From contig CAXXMV010000006.1 of the NCBI GenBank assembly GCA_963662285.2, positions 1,120,001 to 1,184,000 on the forward strand: a stretch of 64,000 bases of DNA, written 5' to 3'. The translations under genes and the position numbers were made by a program. The DNA is from a bacterium. Lineage in GTDB: Bacteria > Hinthialibacterota > Hinthialibacteria > Hinthialibacterales > Hinthialibacteraceae. A model generated the notes under the pieces. It ran no database searches, had not been told where the DNA came from, and saw only the letters and a program-made list of their open reading frames with translations. Positions 30,324 through 39,910 of this stretch are shown here, piece after piece (position 1 is the stretch's first letter; the number at the start of each line of letters is the position of its first letter).

Positions 30324-31739
30324 TTAATTTGTTTTGGTGACCGGTTGGGGTGTTGTATCTGATTCTGTTTTTTCTTTCTGGCTATCATCCGAAGAAACAA
30401 CCTTGACGGAGTCGCCAGAGCGAACTTTTTGCTTTCCTTCAATGACAATAGAATCCCCGGGGGCAAGCCCCGATTCGACGAGCCACTTATCGCCAATGGC
30501 GCGGCCGAGAGTGAGCGTAAGCTGTTGAATCTTGTTTTCCTCATCAACGAGAAGCACAGTGGGATTTCCTTTCGGATCGCGGGTGATGGCTTGTTGCGGA
30601 ATCAGGATTGCTTTCTCATCAACCCCTTCTTTCAGGATGGCCCGCACGAACATGCCTGGCAAGAGAATTCCATCGGGATTGGGAAGAACGATCCGCAAAA
30701 TAAAGGAGCCGGTCGTAGGATCGACCGTGATATCACTGAATAGCAAGGTTCCTTCTTGGGAATACGGCGTACCATCTTCCAATAAAAGTTGAATCTGCTG
30801 GTGGGCTGCTCCATTCTGATTCAACTTGCCGTCTTCCAGGTTGCGCCGCAACCGCAGCAGTTCCGTGGTAGATTGAGGGACGTCCACGTAAATGGGATCG
30901 ATTTGTTGAATCGTCGCTAGCGCCGTGGGTTGATAGGCCGTTGCCAGCGCCCCTTGGGTAACATTTGATTTTCCGATTCGACCGGAAATGGGAGCGGTAA
31001 TTTTGGTATAACCTAAATTGATCTGCGCCGTTTTGATTGCCGCTTCGGCCTGTTTAATGGCTGCTTGCGCGACGGCCACCGATTCCCGGTCGCTTTCGAC
31101 CTGCGCTTCAGCCGCCCGTAGGGAGGCCTCGGCTACCTCGGCTTCGGTCACAGACTGGTCGCGTATGATGGCGGTAACAGATTTTTCTTTGAATAATTTC
31201 TCATACCGGTCGCGGTTTGTTTTAGCGAGTTTCAAGGTCGCCTTTTGACATTCGACTCCGGCGATGCTAGCCATCAACGCCGCCCGCGCCCGATCAGCCG
31301 TCTTTCGCATGGCGGTCAGGTTTGCTTGAGCATTATCGAGCACCGCCTGGAGGGGCGCTGGATCGATCTGGTATAGCACCTGTCCGGCTGTGACCTTGGC
31401 CCCTTCTGTAAACAACCGTTCTTGAATAAGGCCGTTCACCTGGGGACGGATTTCCGCAACAAGATAGGCGGAGGTGCGTCCTGGCAATTCTGTTGTAAGA
31501 AGAACGGATTCTGGTTGAATCTTAAAGACGGCGACTTCTGGAGTCGTAACCGGCGGAGCTTCCTGCGTGGGTTCACAGCCTCTCAGAAATAGATTCCCTG
31601 CTAGAATCGTCGAAATCACCGACCATCGAACTACTTTATATATGCTTTTGTCAAGTTGCATTAGTACCTCCATACTATTTGTATGTGGATTGTTTTTTTT
31701 ATATGTTGCAAGGTAATCACGAGGTGATGAGACCTTCAA
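30324..31739 (-). CDS. acrA: RND periplasmic adaptor (AcrA/MexA family)
   Basis: TELPGRT..AEIRPQVNG, LYQIDPAP, APISGRIGKS, VDPTTGS, LLPGMFVRA, with a long coiled-coil hairpin. True start is likely downstream (MEVLMQ). Confidence 0.93.
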   Translation of the reverse strand: MKVSSPRDYLATYKKNNPHTNSMEVLMQLDKSIYKVVRWSVISTILAGNLFLRGCEPTQEAPPVTTPEVAVFKIQPESVLLTTELPGRTSAYLVAEIRPQVNGLIQERLFTEGAKVTAGQVLYQIDPAPLQAVLDNAQANLTAMRKTADRARAALMASIAGVECQKATLKLAKTNRDRYEKLFKEKSVTAIIRDQSVTEAEVAEASLRAAEAQVESDRESVAVAQAAIKQAEAAIKTAQINLGYTKITAPISGRIGKSNVTQGALATAYQPTALATIQQIDPIYVDVPQSTTELLRLRRNLEDGKLNQNGAAHQQIQLLLEDGTPYSQEGTLLFSDITVDPTTGSFILRIVLPNPDGILLPGMFVRAILKEGVDEKAILIPQQAITRDPKGNPTVLLVDEENKIQQLTLTLGRAIGDKWLVESGLAPGDSIVIEGKQKVRSGDSVKVVSSDDSQKEKTESDTTPQPVTKTN

Positions 31740-32340
31740 ATAGGATATTCAAAATTGTATCCGGATTTTCCGGATACGGATGACGTTCGGGATTTTCGAG
31801 CCATAGAAACAGAAAAGTATTTACAATATTGTCGAGAGAAGCGGCCAGGTAATATGGCTCGGCGATCTTTTTAAAGCGTCCGTTATTGATTCCGCTCTTA
31901 AAAATGGCGGCGATTTGCTCCAGATTATCGCAGTATCCCTTACGGACCTCTTCATCCAGGTTGGCTTTAAAATTGTAACTCAATCCTCTGTTTTCGGTTA
32001 AATACAAGCGGATTAATTGGAGGTCATTACGAAACAATTCACCTTTGGTGCGAACAAAATTCCTCAGTTTCTCCACTTCATCTCCCGACTCTTCGAGCGC
32101 CCGCATAATCTCATCGTGGAAACTCTGGGAATGTTCTAAAATTATATCTTTGTAGAGATGTTCCTTGTTCTGGAAAAACTTATATAGCGTTCCAATGGCG
32201 AATTCGGACTTTTCCGCAATCTCTTGCATGGAAACGTTTTGGAATCCCTTCTCAGAGAATAGATCGACTGCCGCATTGAGAATCTCTTGCCGTTGCCAAA
32301 GTTTCTCTCTCTCGCGTCTTGAAAGAGTTTCTTTTTCCAT
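31717..32340 (-). CDS. TetR/AcrR family transcriptional regulator
   Basis: LFSEKGF..VSMQEIAEKSEFAIGTLYKFFQNKEHL HTH. Confidence 0.95.
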   Translation of the reverse strand: MEKETLSRREREKLWQRQEILNAAVDLFSEKGFQNVSMQEIAEKSEFAIGTLYKFFQNKEHLYKDIILEHSQSFHDEIMRALEESGDEVEKLRNFVRTKGELFRNDLQLIRLYLTENRGLSYNFKANLDEEVRKGYCDNLEQIAAIFKSGINNGRFKKIAEPYYLAASLDNIVNTFLFLWLENPERHPYPENPDTILNILFEGLITS

Positions 32341-32375
32341 TTTCTAACCTCATAAAAAAGGTTACGTTCAAAAAG

Positions 32376-32403
32376 TGAATCAATATTCATATTATATAAT
32401 ATG
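32376..32403 (-). promoter_or_regulatory. Candidate TetR operator and -10 box
   Basis: Palindrome TGAAT-caat-ATTCA (32376-32389) and perfect palindrome CATATTATATAATATG (32388-32403), which contains a minus-strand TATAAT, upstream of tetR. Confidence 0.5.
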
Positions 32404-32555
32404 GCGTCATAATACGAAGGTGTGATTCATACATTTTTGTTTTTGAAAAATATACTAAGGATAATTCAGAACGTGGGGGATTGATCCAATTCTCAGAACT
32501 CCTGACTCGCCAAAATCATGTACATTTTAAGAACAATCAGTTGGTTTATTGGAAA

Positions 32556-33173
32556 TCAAAGAAAAGCGTCTTGTTTGGGGTGTTCTCCTAAAAAGTCAAC
32601 TTGGCCGGTTTCAACTTGATATATTGCAGCTTCAACTCTTAATTTATTATGCTTGATTCGCTCACTAATCAATTCGCTCTCGCATATTAATTGTTCTATT
32701 CCTTGCATGATGTTTAACAAAACGGATTTTTTGATGATATCTTCTTCGCTTGAATCAGGATTACTGCGTCTTATCATCTCCACCGGTTTGGAAACAGATT
32801 CAATGACTGTTGAGATGAATCCTTCTCCTTGCACTCCTTGAACTGCGGCAGTGATCGCTCCGCACCGGGTATGCCCCATCATAATCATCAGAGGCGTTTC
32901 CAGGAAACCAATGCCATATTCTATAGAACCTAAACCCATGTCATAGCAACGGTTTCCAGCAGTGCGGACAGTGAATAAATCTCCCAGGCCAACATCAAAG
33001 ATGTGTTCAGGGGAGACTCGTGAATCAGAACAACACAAAATAGTTGCTAAGGGATTTTGTCCGTCGGCGATTTCTGCAACTCTCGGTTGGTCTTGCCGCA
33101 GATAAGTTCTTTCGTCGGTTACAAATCGTTGGTTGCCTTGCTTCAGCATTTCAAGAATTTGCTCTGCATTCAT
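32556..33173 (-). CDS. Beta-class carbonic anhydrase
   Basis: GNQRF, CSDSRV, GDLFTVRTAGN, GHTRCGA. Confidence 0.95.
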   Translation of the reverse strand: MNAEQILEMLKQGNQRFVTDERTYLRQDQPRVAEIADGQNPLATILCCSDSRVSPEHIFDVGLGDLFTVRTAGNRCYDMGLGSIEYGIGFLETPLMIMMGHTRCGAITAAVQGVQGEGFISTVIESVSKPVEMIRRSNPDSSEEDIIKKSVLLNIMQGIEQLICESELISERIKHNKLRVEAAIYQVETGQVDFLGEHPKQDAFL

Positions 33174-33348
33174 CTTAACATCTCCAGTATTAATTCTTGA
33201 ACTATAATATTAAGATGGAATTTTACCTATATTATGATAATAAGATAGAGTAATTCTCGAAAAATGAGTAAAGTTAGTGAATTTTTTAACTTTTATATTT
33301 TTTATATATATATTGATTAAAGAGTATCTTCTTCTTTATAAAATAACG

Positions 33349-33378
33349 TTGACAATATCCAATTCTCTGTGTGATAAT
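33349..33378 (+). promoter_or_regulatory. Sigma70-like promoter
   Basis: TTGACA (33349-33354)-N18-GATAAT (33373-33378) with a TGn extension. Confidence 0.6.
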
Positions 33379-33384
33379 CAATTT

Positions 33385-33650
33385 TCCCAAATGAAATAAG
33401 GGCAGATTCTCTTTTCATCCGAGTAATCCAGGTTCATTGGAGTGGATGCTCTTTCATTTGTACTGCTCAATTCAACAATTTGTGGAGAAAACCATGCTGT
33501 GTGAAAGCAAGGCCGCAATAGTGAGAGGAGGAACCGGAAAAGGTATGGGGCGCAGTACGATATCACCCCAGGATATTACCGAAGGCGTTGCCTTCCTCTG
33601 AACAGAGGAAGGCAGGTTCATATCGGGAGCAATACCACCATATTTGTATC
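33385..33650 (+). ncRNA. Candidate structured 5' leader or small RNA
   Basis: Higher-GC island in an AT-rich intergenic region with several stems (see findings). No confident family assignment. Confidence 0.35.
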
Positions 33651-33700
33651 GTTAAGTTGTTTAGATTTAAGTAAAACACTTTTTATTCAGGAGTCTGATT

Positions 33701-35251
33701 ATGAAGATAACTAAATGTGCAATATTCTGCTTTCTGTTTTCTACCAGTATCATTGGTTTCTGTGCAGATACTTTATTAGACGTACCTATATATGTTACAG
33801 GTGGTTTTTCAGAACCTTCTTGGGAACCTGGTAATGGCGCCGTACCTAATGGTGCGATAGAGGATCTACGGTTATTTGATGATGGCCAGTCAAATGGCGA
33901 TATAGTTGCAGATGATGGAATCTGGACCTGTGTTGTTTCCGGATTAGAGCCTTTTCAAGAATTTGATTGGAAAATCGCCAGTCCTGGTTGGAGTCCTGTC
34001 AATGTCCCCGACTCAGCTCCAACAAATCTTTGGGCTATTGCTGATGAAAATGGTACAGTTTCTTTCATGTTCGATACGAATTTCCAAAATGATGGTTTGC
34101 TGCCCGATGTTGGACAACCCAATAGTATTGGATTTGCCTATTCAGAATCGACCTGGGATGCGCTTCAACCCATAGACACTATTTCGTTAACCGGAAATTT
34201 CCAGACTCAGTTGGGAGGAGATATCGATTGGGATTTTTACAATGAAGAATCGCAAATCTTATTACGGGATGATGGTAACGGTTTTGATCAAATCGAGGGA
34301 GATGATATCTTTACCGGCTCGGTAACTGGATTGCAAAACGGTACGTATGAATACCGGGGAATAATTGAGTTTGATGATGTGTACTTTCCAGAATTTACTG
34401 CCATTGGATTAGCGAATGCTGAGCGGAATCTAAAGTTTAATGTTCTCGACAGTTCTGAGGAGATTGTATTTCAGTTGGATGCAAAAAAATCCCGCTTAGG
34501 TCCGATTGGGGATTCTTCTTCCCCTGGACCTCCATTCTACGCTCATTCAGCCGCTTGGGGGAATAGTTTTACTAATACAGAGGATATGGGAAACGCATTG
34601 GATTTGGTGTATCGAAAAATATTTACCGTCGTTGAACCAAACAATTATACAGTGCGAATACGCGACAAATCATTGAAAGAATATCCTGTATCAGGGAGTT
34701 ATCCGTTTACCACCACTGAGCCAAACCAGGAAGTTCAAGTAGTGTTTGATCAAAACCAATACGAAGATGATTACGAACCTTCATCAAATATTGTTTTTAT
34801 AGTTGATAACAAGACAAAATCACCATTGAACCAATGGGAATACGTACAGCTTGTCGGTGATTGTATGATTGATTTTGGTGGAGAATCGGACTGGAATGCG
34901 GACGATAGTGGATTTGAAGCTTTTGATCAAGGGATCGTTTCAGAGGGTGACCAAGTTGCCGATGATGGCGTTTTCGCTATCCGTATCCAAACAGACGCCA
35001 CGGCGGCTAACAAGCAGTTGAAAGCTGTTGGTAGAAGGCTTGATATGGGTGACGGGCAGTGGGATATTCAGATTGGTGGGCCAGGGGAAGGATTGACCAT
35101 CAACACAACCAATACGAATATTCCTTTCAGTTACACACCGGGTGAATACACTATCCAAATCGATACATTGACTGGTCGCGTCGGTGTAGGAAGCATACCA
35201 CCGGAACGTATGTCGTTTGAGGTTTCTGTAGGTGGATGGGAATTACATTAA
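33701..35251 (+). CDS. Secreted acidic protein with three choice-of-anchor-X-like (DDG..GD..A.DG) repeats and a C-terminal W motif
   Basis: Signal peptide; LFDDGQSNGDIVADDGIWT, LRDDGNGFDQIEGDDIFT, FDQGIVSEGDQVADDGVFA; ends VSVGGWELH. Confidence 0.75.
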   Translation: MKITKCAIFCFLFSTSIIGFCADTLLDVPIYVTGGFSEPSWEPGNGAVPNGAIEDLRLFDDGQSNGDIVADDGIWTCVVSGLEPFQEFDWKIASPGWSPVNVPDSAPTNLWAIADENGTVSFMFDTNFQNDGLLPDVGQPNSIGFAYSESTWDALQPIDTISLTGNFQTQLGGDIDWDFYNEESQILLRDDGNGFDQIEGDDIFTGSVTGLQNGTYEYRGIIEFDDVYFPEFTAIGLANAERNLKFNVLDSSEEIVFQLDAKKSRLGPIGDSSSPGPPFYAHSAAWGNSFTNTEDMGNALDLVYRKIFTVVEPNNYTVRIRDKSLKEYPVSGSYPFTTTEPNQEVQVVFDQNQYEDDYEPSSNIVFIVDNKTKSPLNQWEYVQLVGDCMIDFGGESDWNADDSGFEAFDQGIVSEGDQVADDGVFAIRIQTDATAANKQLKAVGRRLDMGDGQWDIQIGGPGEGLTINTTNTNIPFSYTPGEYTIQIDTLTGRVGVGSIPPERMSFEVSVGGWELH

Positions 35252-35315
35252 AGAAATCGATACGAATACATAAATTCAATCGGTATTTTCGGTCATAGCA
35301 TGAAAGGAACTTTCA

Positions 35316-36452
35316 ATGTCACGATTGTTCAGTAAATTGATTATTGCTTTTATTGGCATCAGTGTTTTTTTAAGTTTAGTGTATGCGGAGCCACAGGTTC
35401 ATGTTATTAAAAATATGGATGTATATCGTGAGAAAGGGCGGTTTGGCGGGTGGCCTGCCAATCATGGGATGTGGCATTGGGGGAATGAGATTCTGGTTGG
35501 ATTCAGCCGGGGGTATTATAAGGATTTAGGTGACCGGCACCATATTGACAGGGAGAAGCCCGAAGAGCATCTTTTTGCCCGAAGCAAGGATGGCGGTATG
35601 TCCTGGAGTATTGAAGATCCTTCCAAGGTTATCGTTCCTAGAGGGAATACGCTTCATGGAATTAAGCCACCTCATCTTATTCCCGTTAAACCAGTTAAAA
35701 ATCAAACTCCAATTAATTTCACCCATCCGGATTTTGCGATGACGCTACGGATGCTGGATGTTAATTCAGGACCTTCTTTGTTTTATTATTCCCACGACCG
35801 TGGACGCAACTGGAAAGGGCCGTTTGAACTTATAATTAATGGTGTTAAAGGTATCGCCGCAAGGACCGATTATCTGGTTGATTCTTCCAAAGATTGCATG
35901 GCTTTCTTAACATGCGCCAAGGAGAATGGCCAGGAAGGACGCCCTTTTTGCGCCCGAACTCAGGATGGCGGCGTCACATGGAACCTTGTATCCCGGATCG
36001 GCCCGGAACCGGAGGGATTCTCAATTATGCCTTCATCAGTTCGGCTCTCTGAGACAGAATTACTTAGTGCAGTGAGACGGCGTGAAGGAGATAAACGCTG
36101 GATTGAAATTTACCGGTCGACCAGTAACGGTTCAAATTGGAGTTTATATAGCACTCCGACTGATAACATCGGTATCGGGAATCCGCCAAGTATGATTCAA
36201 TTACACGATGGCCGGATTTGCTTAACCTATGGTTACAGGGCTGAGCCGTTTAGCATCCGAACTCAGTTAAGTGATGATAAAGGGAAAACCTGGAGCAAAC
36301 CAATTAGCCTGCGCTCAGATGGAGCCAGCCGGGATCTTGGTTATCCACGGACCCTTCAACTGCCTGATGGCGTTATTGTGACGGTTTATTATTTTTGCGA
36401 TCATCTTTCTCCGGAACGGTATATTGGAGCAACTTTGTGGAGAGTAGAGTAG
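35316..36452 (+). CDS. Sialidase-like BNR/Asp-box beta-propeller, secreted
   Basis: Asp-boxes SKDGGMSW, SHDRGRNW, TQDGGVTW, STSNGSNW, SDDKGKTW; DLGYP; signal peptide. Confidence 0.88.
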   Translation: MSRLFSKLIIAFIGISVFLSLVYAEPQVHVIKNMDVYREKGRFGGWPANHGMWHWGNEILVGFSRGYYKDLGDRHHIDREKPEEHLFARSKDGGMSWSIEDPSKVIVPRGNTLHGIKPPHLIPVKPVKNQTPINFTHPDFAMTLRMLDVNSGPSLFYYSHDRGRNWKGPFELIINGVKGIAARTDYLVDSSKDCMAFLTCAKENGQEGRPFCARTQDGGVTWNLVSRIGPEPEGFSIMPSSVRLSETELLSAVRRREGDKRWIEIYRSTSNGSNWSLYSTPTDNIGIGNPPSMIQLHDGRICLTYGYRAEPFSIRTQLSDDKGKTWSKPISLRSDGASRDLGYPRTLQLPDGVIVTVYYFCDHLSPERYIGATLWRVE

Positions 36453-36490
36453 TATTCTAATCTTTCATTAAAAAAAGGAATGGATGGATT

Positions 36491-37600
36491 ATGCCCGAAT
36501 CTGAGAAAAAAGAACTACTGTGGAGTAAGTTGGTTTTACGCTGGACGCTAATTCTGATGGGCGTGATAGCTATAGTTTGGGTATTGTATTGGAGCATATC
36601 AACTCTGGTGCTATTGGCGTTTAGCTTTTTGTTAGCCTACTTGCTTAATCCATTAGTTACAAAGTTAACTCAGCAGGGAGCGCCACGGACTGCATCGATT
36701 ATGATGTTGTTGTTTTTCTTTTTGATTGTAACCATTGGATTTACGCTATACATTGTTCCTAAAATCTCTGATGAAGCGGCGCGATTGATTAATCATAATG
36801 AGGCCTTTGCCAGCGCTACGGAGTGGATAAGCAATAATGTGAATCCCAAATTAGAGAAAATTGGAATCGAAGCATGGGGAGAAGAAGAACTTAGGACAAA
36901 AATCAATTATCTATTCTCTTTGATCAATAGTTATTATCCACAATGGATCAGGCCGACCTTTAACGCTTTTCATTCCATGTTTTCTGGCATAGCCAGTTTT
37001 ATAGTTGGTTTGTTAAGTTTGATGCTGGTTCCTGTGTTTACCTTTTATCTACTACGGGATTTTCCCAAGATCAGCCAATCGTTTTTTGAAATGATTCCTC
37101 CACATTGGCGGGCGATTGTCTCTGACTGGGGAGGCGAACTGGATCATGTCGTTGGTGGTTATATCCGAGGGCAATTCAGCATCGCTCTGTTTTTGGCGAC
37201 CATCAATGCTATCGGCTTGACAATATTGGGCGTCCCGTTCGGCTTCCTGATAGGATTTGTGGCTGGTATGGCTAACATGGTTCCCTATATGAGCATCGTG
37301 GTTGGCCTGATTCCGGCATTGATAATATCATTCCTGGATAAGCCGGAAATTTGGCGCTTGATCTGGATACTAATGATTTTCGGCGGCTCGCAGATGTTGG
37401 AGGGATTTTACCTGAGTCCACGGATTATGGGGCATGAAATTGGTTTGCATCCCGTGTTGATTATGCTGTCTATAATATTAGGCGGTTCAATATTTGGTCT
37501 TGTCGGTATTATACTGGCTGTGCCTACAATGGCGGTTCTTAAGGTAGTCGCAGTTCGGGCGCATCATGAATGGAAGAAAAAGTGGCCTCAGGAGGCTTAG
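36491..37600 (+). CDS. AI-2E (PerM/TqsA) family transporter
   Basis: LAYLLNPLV, FYLLRD, GYIRGQ, VPY, PRIMG...LHPV, GIILAVP. Confidence 0.93.
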   Translation: MPESEKKELLWSKLVLRWTLILMGVIAIVWVLYWSISTLVLLAFSFLLAYLLNPLVTKLTQQGAPRTASIMMLLFFFLIVTIGFTLYIVPKISDEAARLINHNEAFASATEWISNNVNPKLEKIGIEAWGEEELRTKINYLFSLINSYYPQWIRPTFNAFHSMFSGIASFIVGLLSLMLVPVFTFYLLRDFPKISQSFFEMIPPHWRAIVSDWGGELDHVVGGYIRGQFSIALFLATINAIGLTILGVPFGFLIGFVAGMANMVPYMSIVVGLIPALIISFLDKPEIWRLIWILMIFGGSQMLEGFYLSPRIMGHEIGLHPVLIMLSIILGGSIFGLVGIILAVPTMAVLKVVAVRAHHEWKKKWPQEA

Positions 37601-37666
37601 GTGGATTAAGCGCCCTTATTAGTTTGTTCCGCTTTGTTTTTTTGTATTCGTTATTGATTGTCATAT

Positions 37667-37692
37667 AGGGCGCCCATGAAGGACGCCCCTAC
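37667..37692. repeat. GTAG-type REP palindrome
   Basis: Minus strand GTAGGGGCGTCCTTCATGGGCGCCCT. Confidence 0.55.
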
Positions 37693-37747
37693 TGGTTTTA
37701 TTTCGTGTTTCTTTTAGTAAAGGTTCTTTTTTGTATCATAGTATTAG

Positions 37748-37780
37748 TCAAGGGCAGAAAGGACACTGCCCTTGGCGTCC
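37748..37780. repeat. Single REP family A copy
   Basis: TCAAGGGCAGAAAGGACACTGCCCTTGGC, identical to the arm at 60776-60804. Confidence 0.8.
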
Positions 37781-37843
37781 TTTTAGCATTATATTAGGTT
37801 GTATTGATAAGATTTAAGATGAATGTTTTAATGGAGATTATTA

Positions 37844-38803
37844 ATGTCTGGTACTGAAATGAACTATGTTTCGCTGGGGCGTTGCGGGATGAAAGTGAGC
37901 CGGTTTGCTCTTGGTGGATGGACTACATTCGGTGATAGCGTGGCCGATAAGCCCATAATCCGGAATATCCTGCAAACCGCTTTTGATAGCGGAATTAATT
38001 ATTTTGATATAAGTGATATATACAACCGGGGAGAGACCGAACGGGCTATGGGTTCTGTGCTGGCTGATTTTCCCCGGCATGAGATCGTGATAGCCAGTAA
38101 GGTCTTTTTCCCCATGAGTGATGATGTCAATGACCGGGGCTTGTCACGTAAACATATCATGGAATCGATCGAAAAAAGCCTTCAGCGTATTGGAACTGAT
38201 TATCTGGATATCTATTTTTGCCATCGCTTTGATGTTGAGACGCCTATTGAAGAGACAGTCCGCGCTATGGATGATCTGGTGCATCAAGGCAAGATTCTAT
38301 ATTGGGGAACCAGCGAATGGACTGGCGAACAAATAAATCAGGCTCATGAAATATGCGATAAGCGGAACCTCTATTTCTCTCAAGTCGAGCAGCCGGTCTA
38401 TAATCTTTTAACCCGTAATGCTTTTGAGAATGATGTGCAACCAACCGCTACCCGGTTGGGTAAGGGATTGGTTACTTTTAGTCCATTGGCCTATGGAGTT
38501 TTGACGGGGAAATATGATAACGGAATTCCCCAAGGTACAAGATTAGATCAAATTGAGTGGCTGCGGGACCGGTATTATAATGAAGAGTGTCTTAACCGGG
38601 TGCGCCAAATGGAAACCTATGCTAAGCAACTTGGATGCACCAGAGCGCAGCTGGCTTTGGCCTGGATTGCAGCCAATCCTGCGGTTTCGAGCGTTATAAC
38701 CGGAGCGACCAGCGTTGATCAACTCAAAGATAATCTAGGCGCTATCAAGGTTAAACTTGATAGTTCCATGATTGATAATCTCAATAGGCTGTTTCCTCTA
38801 TGA
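37844..38803 (+). CDS. Aldo/keto reductase (Kv-beta-like subfamily)
   Basis: LGRCGMKVS..LGGWTTFG, GLSRKHI, TDYLDIYFCHRFD, YWGTSEW, FSPLA.G.LTGKY. Confidence 0.95.
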   Translation: MSGTEMNYVSLGRCGMKVSRFALGGWTTFGDSVADKPIIRNILQTAFDSGINYFDISDIYNRGETERAMGSVLADFPRHEIVIASKVFFPMSDDVNDRGLSRKHIMESIEKSLQRIGTDYLDIYFCHRFDVETPIEETVRAMDDLVHQGKILYWGTSEWTGEQINQAHEICDKRNLYFSQVEQPVYNLLTRNAFENDVQPTATRLGKGLVTFSPLAYGVLTGKYDNGIPQGTRLDQIEWLRDRYYNEECLNRVRQMETYAKQLGCTRAQLALAWIAANPAVSSVITGATSVDQLKDNLGAIKVKLDSSMIDNLNRLFPL

Positions 38804-39190
38804 TTCTAAAAACGTCAATTAGATTATAATTCAAAAGTCAATTGAAAAATCTATAGTTTTAGAAAACAACCCCCTCTTGGGAGAGGTTAGGAGAGGGTTG
38901 ATATTAATCACTCTCGCAAAGAAAAAACCAGCAATATGAGATTAACTTTTTAGGTGAAATGAAACAATATTGTGTTATCATACTGATTACAAATGATTTA
39001 TTTAATTATTTGTAAATTAACCTCCGTTTTTTAGGATGATGCAAGATATGAAAAATCGATATAAAACTACTGTAAGTAATGTTAATGGATCGCAAGACAA
39101 GCGATCCATTGCTGCTCTTCATTGATTGAGATGGAATTGGTATTAAAATCATATTAATAGGTTAGAAGGGATTGATCCGTCGAAGAGCAA

Positions 39191-39223
39191 CCCCCCTCTA
39201 ACTCCCCCCCAACTTGGGGGGAG
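39191..39223. repeat. REP-like family C copy
   Basis: CCCCCCTCTAACTCCCCCCCAACTTGGGGGGAG. Confidence 0.75.
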
Positions 39224-39269
39224 AATTTTTGTTTTACCTAATTCAACATATATAAAGGATTGACATAGT

Positions 39270-39683
39270 TTGACAGACGCTAAACTGACTGAAAATAAAC
39301 AGGTTGTAGAATTTCGTGTTCGATACAGCGAGACGGATCAGATGGGTGGAATATATAACGCCCGCGTGTTGGAATGGTTTGAAGTCGGGCGCACGGAGTG
39401 GTTTCGCGGTAAGGGATTGGCATATACTGAAGTCGAAAAGAGGGGTATTTTCCTGCCCCTGGTTGAAGCGCATGTCGAGTATAAGGGACATGCTGAGTAT
39501 GATGATTTGCTCAAAATGACGGTTACTGGCTGCATCGCTGGTAAAGTCCGGCTGCGTTGCGATCATGAGATTGTTCATAGCGACAGCGGTAATCCTGTTG
39601 CGCAGGGTTATACAATACATGCCTGTTTGAATGAATCGGGCAAGCCGGTTCGGCTTCCGGAATGGCTGTTGGAGATAGTTTGA
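39270..39683 (+). CDS. YbgC/4HBT-family acyl-CoA thioesterase
   Basis: RVRYSETDQMG..YNA..LEWFEVGRTE hot-dog fold motif. Confidence 0.9.
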   Translation: MTDAKLTENKQVVEFRVRYSETDQMGGIYNARVLEWFEVGRTEWFRGKGLAYTEVEKRGIFLPLVEAHVEYKGHAEYDDLLKMTVTGCIAGKVRLRCDHEIVHSDSGNPVAQGYTIHACLNESGKPVRLPEWLLEIV

Positions 39684-39769
39684 TTGGATAGGTTATATCA
39701 AGTGTTAGACTGATTGGTGTAAGTCTTTAATATGGAGTGTTTTATTTGTAGTTTATTTTTGTGGATTTA

Positions 39770-39804
39770 CCCCTCACCCTAGCCCTCTCCCGTGGGGAGA
39801 GGGG
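39770..39804. repeat. REP-like family B copy
   Basis: CCCTCACCCTAGCCCTCTCCCGTGGGGAGAGGGG, one mismatch from 42138-42171. Confidence 0.8.
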
Positions 39805-39910
39805 ACTTGGTTGTCCGATTTTATAGAGTGAATTTATATTAAAATTAGTTTAAATCATATAAAGTTAGAACAAATCTAGAGTTTGAAAAATATATGTCTG
39901 TGAGAGCGTT

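Noticed and set aside
33480-33620. Canonical glycine, SAM-I, T-box or c-di-AMP riboswitch
   Set aside because: Only isolated sub-motifs match (CCGAAGG, GGAGGAACC). Required elements such as CTCAGG, the T-box GGTGGTACC and CAGCTAACCTCG are absent.
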